64,000 nucleotides of DNA from an uncultured delta proteobacterium (GTDB taxonomy: Bacteria > Myxococcota_A > Polyangia > Polyangiales > Polyangiaceae). The translations under genes and the position numbers were made by a program. The stretch covers positions 1,792,001 through 1,856,000 of the forward strand of contig CAWAIF010000003.1 in NCBI GenBank assembly GCA_963782055.1, read 5' to 3'. The notes below the pieces were generated by a model. That model searched no databases, was not told where the DNA came from, and saw only the letters and a list, made by a program, of their open reading frames with translations. Of the stretch, positions 60,281-64,000 are shown piece after piece (position 1 is the stretch's first letter; every line of letters begins with the position of its first letter).

Positions 60281-62709
60281 TGCACCATCGGAATGGTTCG
60301 CCGCTCCACCTTCCCGCCGATGATGATGACGGAGATCGTCTTGTCCACGTGGGGGTTGTTGGCCACCAGGCGGATGCGGTGTCGCCCCACGGGCAGCGGC
60401 TTGTTGACGATGGGGCAGTGACCCATGTTCGTGCCGTTGTCGTACCACTGGTCGCACGGGGGCAGCGTGATGACGTAGAGGTAGCCCGTCTCGCCCTTGG
60501 CGGTGCCGCTCACCGTGTGGTGCGTGACGGTGGGGACCGTGTGCGTCACGGTGGTGGCCGCCGTCGCCGTGACGGTTGCGGTGGCCGTCGGCGCTGCGGA
60601 CGCGCTCGCCGTCGCCGAGGGCTCGGCCGCGGTGGCGGAAGGCGGCGGCGCCGTGGACGCCGTCGCGCTCGGCGTGGCGCTGTCTCCAGGGGCGGGCGTC
60701 GCGGCGATCGCCACCGAGAAGGCGGCCCGCGCGGCGCTGAAGGGCCCGTTGCCCGAAGCGACGACAGCCCCCGCGGTGGTCGCGGTGGTCTCCGGTGCCG
60801 TCGCGGTCTTCGCCGTCTTGCCGGGCGCCACCAGCACGTAGACGAGGGTGAGCACCAGGAGCGCCGCGACACCCGAGGCGACGCCCACCGCCCACATCGG
60901 GATGCCCCGCCGGACGGGGCGAAGGAGCGCGGTGGCGCCGGGCGAGATGGTGGGGCCCATCCCCGGGACCTGTCCGGGGTAGGCCGGCGGGGGAGGCTGC
61001 GGCGGACCCATGCGCGGGTCCTGCGGGTTGAAGGTGGGCGCGAAGCCGGGCGGCATGAACCCTCCCGGCGGCCCAGGCGGCGCAGGCGGCGGCGCCCCGG
61101 GGCCCACCACCACCGGCGGAAGGTCCACCGGCTGATCGCTGGCGCGCGCGGGCACCGCGCGTGGAGGCACCGCGACCGCCGCGTTCATCGCGACGCGCGT
61201 AGGCATCTCGTCGTAGGTGGGCGGCGGCATCCCCGCGGCCGGCCGCGGACGCCCATCGGGATCCGCCTTGGCCTCGGTGATGATGGTGGCGTCGTCGTCG
61301 TCGTCGAAGTCCTCCTCCTCCGTCGGCGTCGGCGCCATGATGGTCGGCCCGTCGTCCTCCATCGTGTCCAGGTCGGCGAGCTGAGGGGCGGCGGCGACGG
61401 GAGCCGGCGGCCGCCCGGCACCGAGCGGCATCGTCTGGCCCAGCTTCGCCGGTGGGCGGAGCGTGTCCGGCTTGGGTGGCTCCGGCCGTCGGCCTGCCGC
61501 CGGTCGCGGGACCGGCGCACCCGCCGCCGGGACCGCCGGCCGGGCGGCCTGCGGCGCAGGCTGCACCTCCGAGTTGTAGGTCTGCAGCGAGCCATCCAGG
61601 TCCGGCACGTTGGCGCCGAGGGCATCCAGGCTGATCGTCTGCGTGACCTCCGCCGCCCATCGCAGGTGCGCCTCCCGCTTCTGGATGCGGTCGGCGAAGA
61701 TGGACGTCACGTACGACGCCACCTCGTCGCTGGCGATGAACAGCCCGCGCTTCATCAGCATCGACTGCAGGGCGCGCGAGAGCTCGCGCGCGGTGCGGTA
61801 GCGCTCGTTCTTGTTCTTGGCGAGCGCCTTCATCGCGATCTTCTCGAGGTCGAGCGGGTAGCCCCGCACGAGCGTCGAGGGCCGCGGCACGTTGCACTCC
61901 TGCACCTTGGCGAGGGTGTCCAGGTCGCTCTCCATGCGGAAGAGTCGCTGCCCCGTCGTCAGCTCCCAGAGCACCACGCCCAGCGCGAAGACGTCCGTCC
62001 GCCGGTCGATCGGCTCGCCCGCCACCTGCTCCGGCGACATGTACGCCAGCTTGCCCTTGAGCGTGCCCGCGCGCGTCGAGCTCATGCGCGAGCTGAACTT
62101 GGCGATGCCGAAGTCGACGACCTTGGTGTTGCCGTCGTAGCAGACGAAGAGGTTGTGCGGCGTGACGTCGCGGTGGACCAGGTTCAGCTTCTCGCCGTTC
62201 TTGCCGTACAGCTCGTGCGCTGCGTGCAGGCCCTCGGCGGCGTCGGCGATGACGCGGCAGGCGATCTCCGGCGGCATCGGCGCGCCGAGCTCCTCGGTGC
62301 GGCGCATGACCTCCCGCAGCGGCTCGCCGTGCAGGTACTCCATCGCGATCCAGTAGGTGTCGTCGTGCTTGCCCAGCTCGAACACCGTCGCGACGTTGGG
62401 GTGGGAGATGCGCGCGGCGACGCGCGCCTCGTCCAAGAACATCTGGATGAAGCTCTCGTCCTCCACCAGGTGCGCGTGGATGCGCTTGATGGCGACCCAC
62501 TTCTGGAAGCCGCCCGGCCCGTCCATGCGGCCCAGGTGCACGCTCGCCATGCCGCCGATGCCAATCTCGTCGACGACGCGGTAGCGGCCAAGGAAATACG
62601 TCCCCACCTGGCTGGGTGGGTTCTGGTCCGGCAGGACCGGCGCGGATGCCTGCATCGGGCGTGCGCCGGGCGGCGGCGGGTTGGGGCGCGGGGCTCGATC
62701 GTGCGGCAA
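60277..62709 (-). CDS. Membrane Ser/Thr protein kinase with Pro/Thr-rich linker and PEGA-like C-terminus
   Basis: GIGGMASV, AIK, HRDVTPHN, DFGIAK, GKLAYMSPEQ, DVFALG; TM helix. Start may be the ATG at 62655. Confidence 0.93.
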   Translation of the reverse strand: MPHDRAPRPNPPPPGARPMQASAPVLPDQNPPSQVGTYFLGRYRVVDEIGIGGMASVHLGRMDGPGGFQKWVAIKRIHAHLVEDESFIQMFLDEARVAARISHPNVATVFELGKHDDTYWIAMEYLHGEPLREVMRRTEELGAPMPPEIACRVIADAAEGLHAAHELYGKNGEKLNLVHRDVTPHNLFVCYDGNTKVVDFGIAKFSSRMSSTRAGTLKGKLAYMSPEQVAGEPIDRRTDVFALGVVLWELTTGQRLFRMESDLDTLAKVQECNVPRPSTLVRGYPLDLEKIAMKALAKNKNERYRTARELSRALQSMLMKRGLFIASDEVASYVTSIFADRIQKREAHLRWAAEVTQTISLDALGANVPDLDGSLQTYNSEVQPAPQAARPAVPAAGAPVPRPAAGRRPEPPKPDTLRPPAKLGQTMPLGAGRPPAPVAAAPQLADLDTMEDDGPTIMAPTPTEEEDFDDDDDATIITEAKADPDGRPRPAAGMPPPTYDEMPTRVAMNAAVAVPPRAVPARASDQPVDLPPVVVGPGAPPPAPPGPPGGFMPPGFAPTFNPQDPRMGPPQPPPPAYPGQVPGMGPTISPGATALLRPVRRGIPMWAVGVASGVAALLVLTLVYVLVAPGKTAKTATAPETTATTAGAVVASGNGPFSAARAAFSVAIAATPAPGDSATPSATASTAPPPSATAAEPSATASASAAPTATATVTATAATTVTHTVPTVTHHTVSGTAKGETGYLYVITLPPCDQWYDNGTNMGHCPIVNKPLPVGRHRIRLVANNPHVDKTISVIIIGGKVERRTIPMVQ

Positions 62710-62718
62710 AGAGTGCTC

Positions 62719-63693
62719 CTACGGACTTGGTTGAATCTGCGCCGGACCGACCAACACCTGGTCGGGGGTCCGGAGCAGGAAGTAGCCGGCGGTCGCCCCC
62801 CCGGCGGCGAGCAGGGCGCCGCCGATGACGTATGGCCAGGGGCCGGACCAGAAGCCGCCGTGGTGCGGCTCGGGTGCGTCGCCGGTGGCCACGGGCTCCG
62901 GCCGCACCTCGACGTGCTGCTCCGCGAACCCGAGCTGGTTGTCGTGCGCGTCGAGGGCGTCGACGTGGATGCGCAGCCGCGCCCCCGGCAGGGTCATGGT
63001 GCCGGGCACGCGGAAATGCACCACCGTGGAGGCCGGGTTCTCGAAGCGGTAGGTCTTCTTGGTCGTCGGGTCGGTGGCGGTCATGCCGAGCCGGGTGATG
63101 GCGGCGACCTCCGAGGGGTCAAGGAGCACGTTGACCGCGAAGGCCGCGCCGGAGTCCACCTCCGCCGGCGCGCTCGCCTCGAAGCGGATCGGCGCCAGGT
63201 GCTGCTCGCGCACCGTGTCCGCGAGCGCCGTCGCCTTCTTGCCCGTCTCCGGGGGCACGACAAAGTCGGGGTCGATGATGACCGCCACGCGGAAGGCCTC
63301 GATCGCGCCGTGCTTCTTGCCGAGCACCGCGCGGAGCGCGCCGATGCGCACGTAGCACTCCAGCGTCTCCTCGCGGTTCAACCCGCCCTTCTCCAGCGCG
63401 TGGGCGTACTCCGGCGCCGCGCGATCCAGCTCGCCGTCGTCCCAGGAGGTGCGCGCCTTGGCGAGCGCCTCCGCGCCCGCGGCCTCCTTCCTGGAGGTCC
63501 CCTGCGCGTGGGTGAAGCCGGCCGCGCCGAGCAGCACGGAGGCCACGGCGGCGGCGGCGACGCCCCGCCTCGCCGCGGGACACGGCCCCCGCGACGCGCC
63601 GAGGAGGCCGGCCACAGGCCGACGACATGCGAGGCCGATCGAAGGAAACACCGGTCGTAAAGGGTATCGGCGTTGACCAGGGCGCGCAAGCAA
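62719..63693 (-). CDS. Hypothetical TPR-containing protein with C-terminal membrane anchor
   Basis: TPR-like helices (GELDRAAPEYAHAL, AIEAFRVAVIIDPDF) and a C-terminal WPYVIGGALLAAGG segment. True start probably downstream. Confidence 0.6.
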   Translation of the reverse strand: MLARPGQRRYPLRPVFPSIGLACRRPVAGLLGASRGPCPAARRGVAAAAVASVLLGAAGFTHAQGTSRKEAAGAEALAKARTSWDDGELDRAAPEYAHALEKGGLNREETLECYVRIGALRAVLGKKHGAIEAFRVAVIIDPDFVVPPETGKKATALADTVREQHLAPIRFEASAPAEVDSGAAFAVNVLLDPSEVAAITRLGMTATDPTTKKTYRFENPASTVVHFRVPGTMTLPGARLRIHVDALDAHDNQLGFAEQHVEVRPEPVATGDAPEPHHGGFWSGPWPYVIGGALLAAGGATAGYFLLRTPDQVLVGPAQIQPSP

Positions 63694-63798
63694 CGGAGCC
63701 TGCGTGGGAGGCGCGGCACGCGCCTGGCGCCGTGGGCGGGGGGTAGTCCGCCGGGCGAGGGTTACCCACGTTGTGGGAGCACGCTCAGCGAGGTTCTG

Positions 63799-64000
63799 TC
63801 ACGGAAATGCCTGGGCGGGCTGGCCGCGCTCGAAATAGAAGCGGAAGGACCCCTGGAGGTGGCCGCGGCACGGGGGAGGCGGCCCCACACCGCCCGGGCA
63901 CTCGTCGCGCGGATCCGCCAGGTAGACGTCGAAGGTGGCCTCGGTGAGGCGCTTGTCGGCGTCTCCCTCGTCGGGGTTGCCGTCGAACAGGGAGGAGAAG
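63799..64000 (-). CDS. C-terminal fragment of a hypothetical protein (enters from outside the window)
   Basis: Open frame FSSLFDGNPDEGDADKRLTEATFDVYLADPR...FRFYFERGQPAQAFP* with host-like codons. Confidence 0.6.
   Translation of the reverse strand, partial: FSSLFDGNPDEGDADKRLTEATFDVYLADPRDECPGGVGPPPPCRGHLQGSFRFYFERGQPAQAFP

Noticed and set aside
60280..63660. Very long alternative-frame ORFs (e.g. 60280-63660 +, 31556-34795 -, 314-2455 +, 54062-56281 +)
   Set aside because: These are antisense or shadow ORFs expected at over 70% GC; they overlap genes with clear motifs and have no motifs of their own.

Overview
High-GC (about 70-75%) bacterial DNA that looks myxobacterial (Polyangiaceae/Labilitrichaceae-like): two Hanks-type Ser/Thr kinases, many Cys-rich lipoproteins, and an ECF sigma/FecR module. 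The taxonomy is inferred, not proven. The right third is housekeeping: rlmD-like, tilS, ftsH, pfk, and gap-pgk-tpiA-secG. The main discovery is a compact lasso-peptide (RiPP) gene cluster on a lower-GC island at about 41.5-45.4 kb. It has a 54-aa precursor missed by the ORF track (41531-41695; leader YVAPRLVELGKVRDLT, predicted core AGGASSTDGGFTRRP), an asparagine-synthetase-like cyclase, an HPr-kinase-like kinase, a PqqD/RRE (B1) and a transglutaminase-like leader peptidase (B2), followed by a Cys-rich lipoprotein and an ABC exporter. The core lacks the C-terminal Ser that characterised paeninodin-type lasso kinases modify. A second unusual zone (23.0-23.4 and 27.5-29.3 kb) holds a ~185-bp structured repeat in two copies with compensatory base changes, a DUF559 nuclease whose start lies in a 24-bp inverted repeat, a four-helix-bundle gene broken by a 47-bp insertion, REP-like hairpins and a diverged duplicate of a gene 3' end. 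All calls come from motif recognition and hand alignment; no database searches were run.
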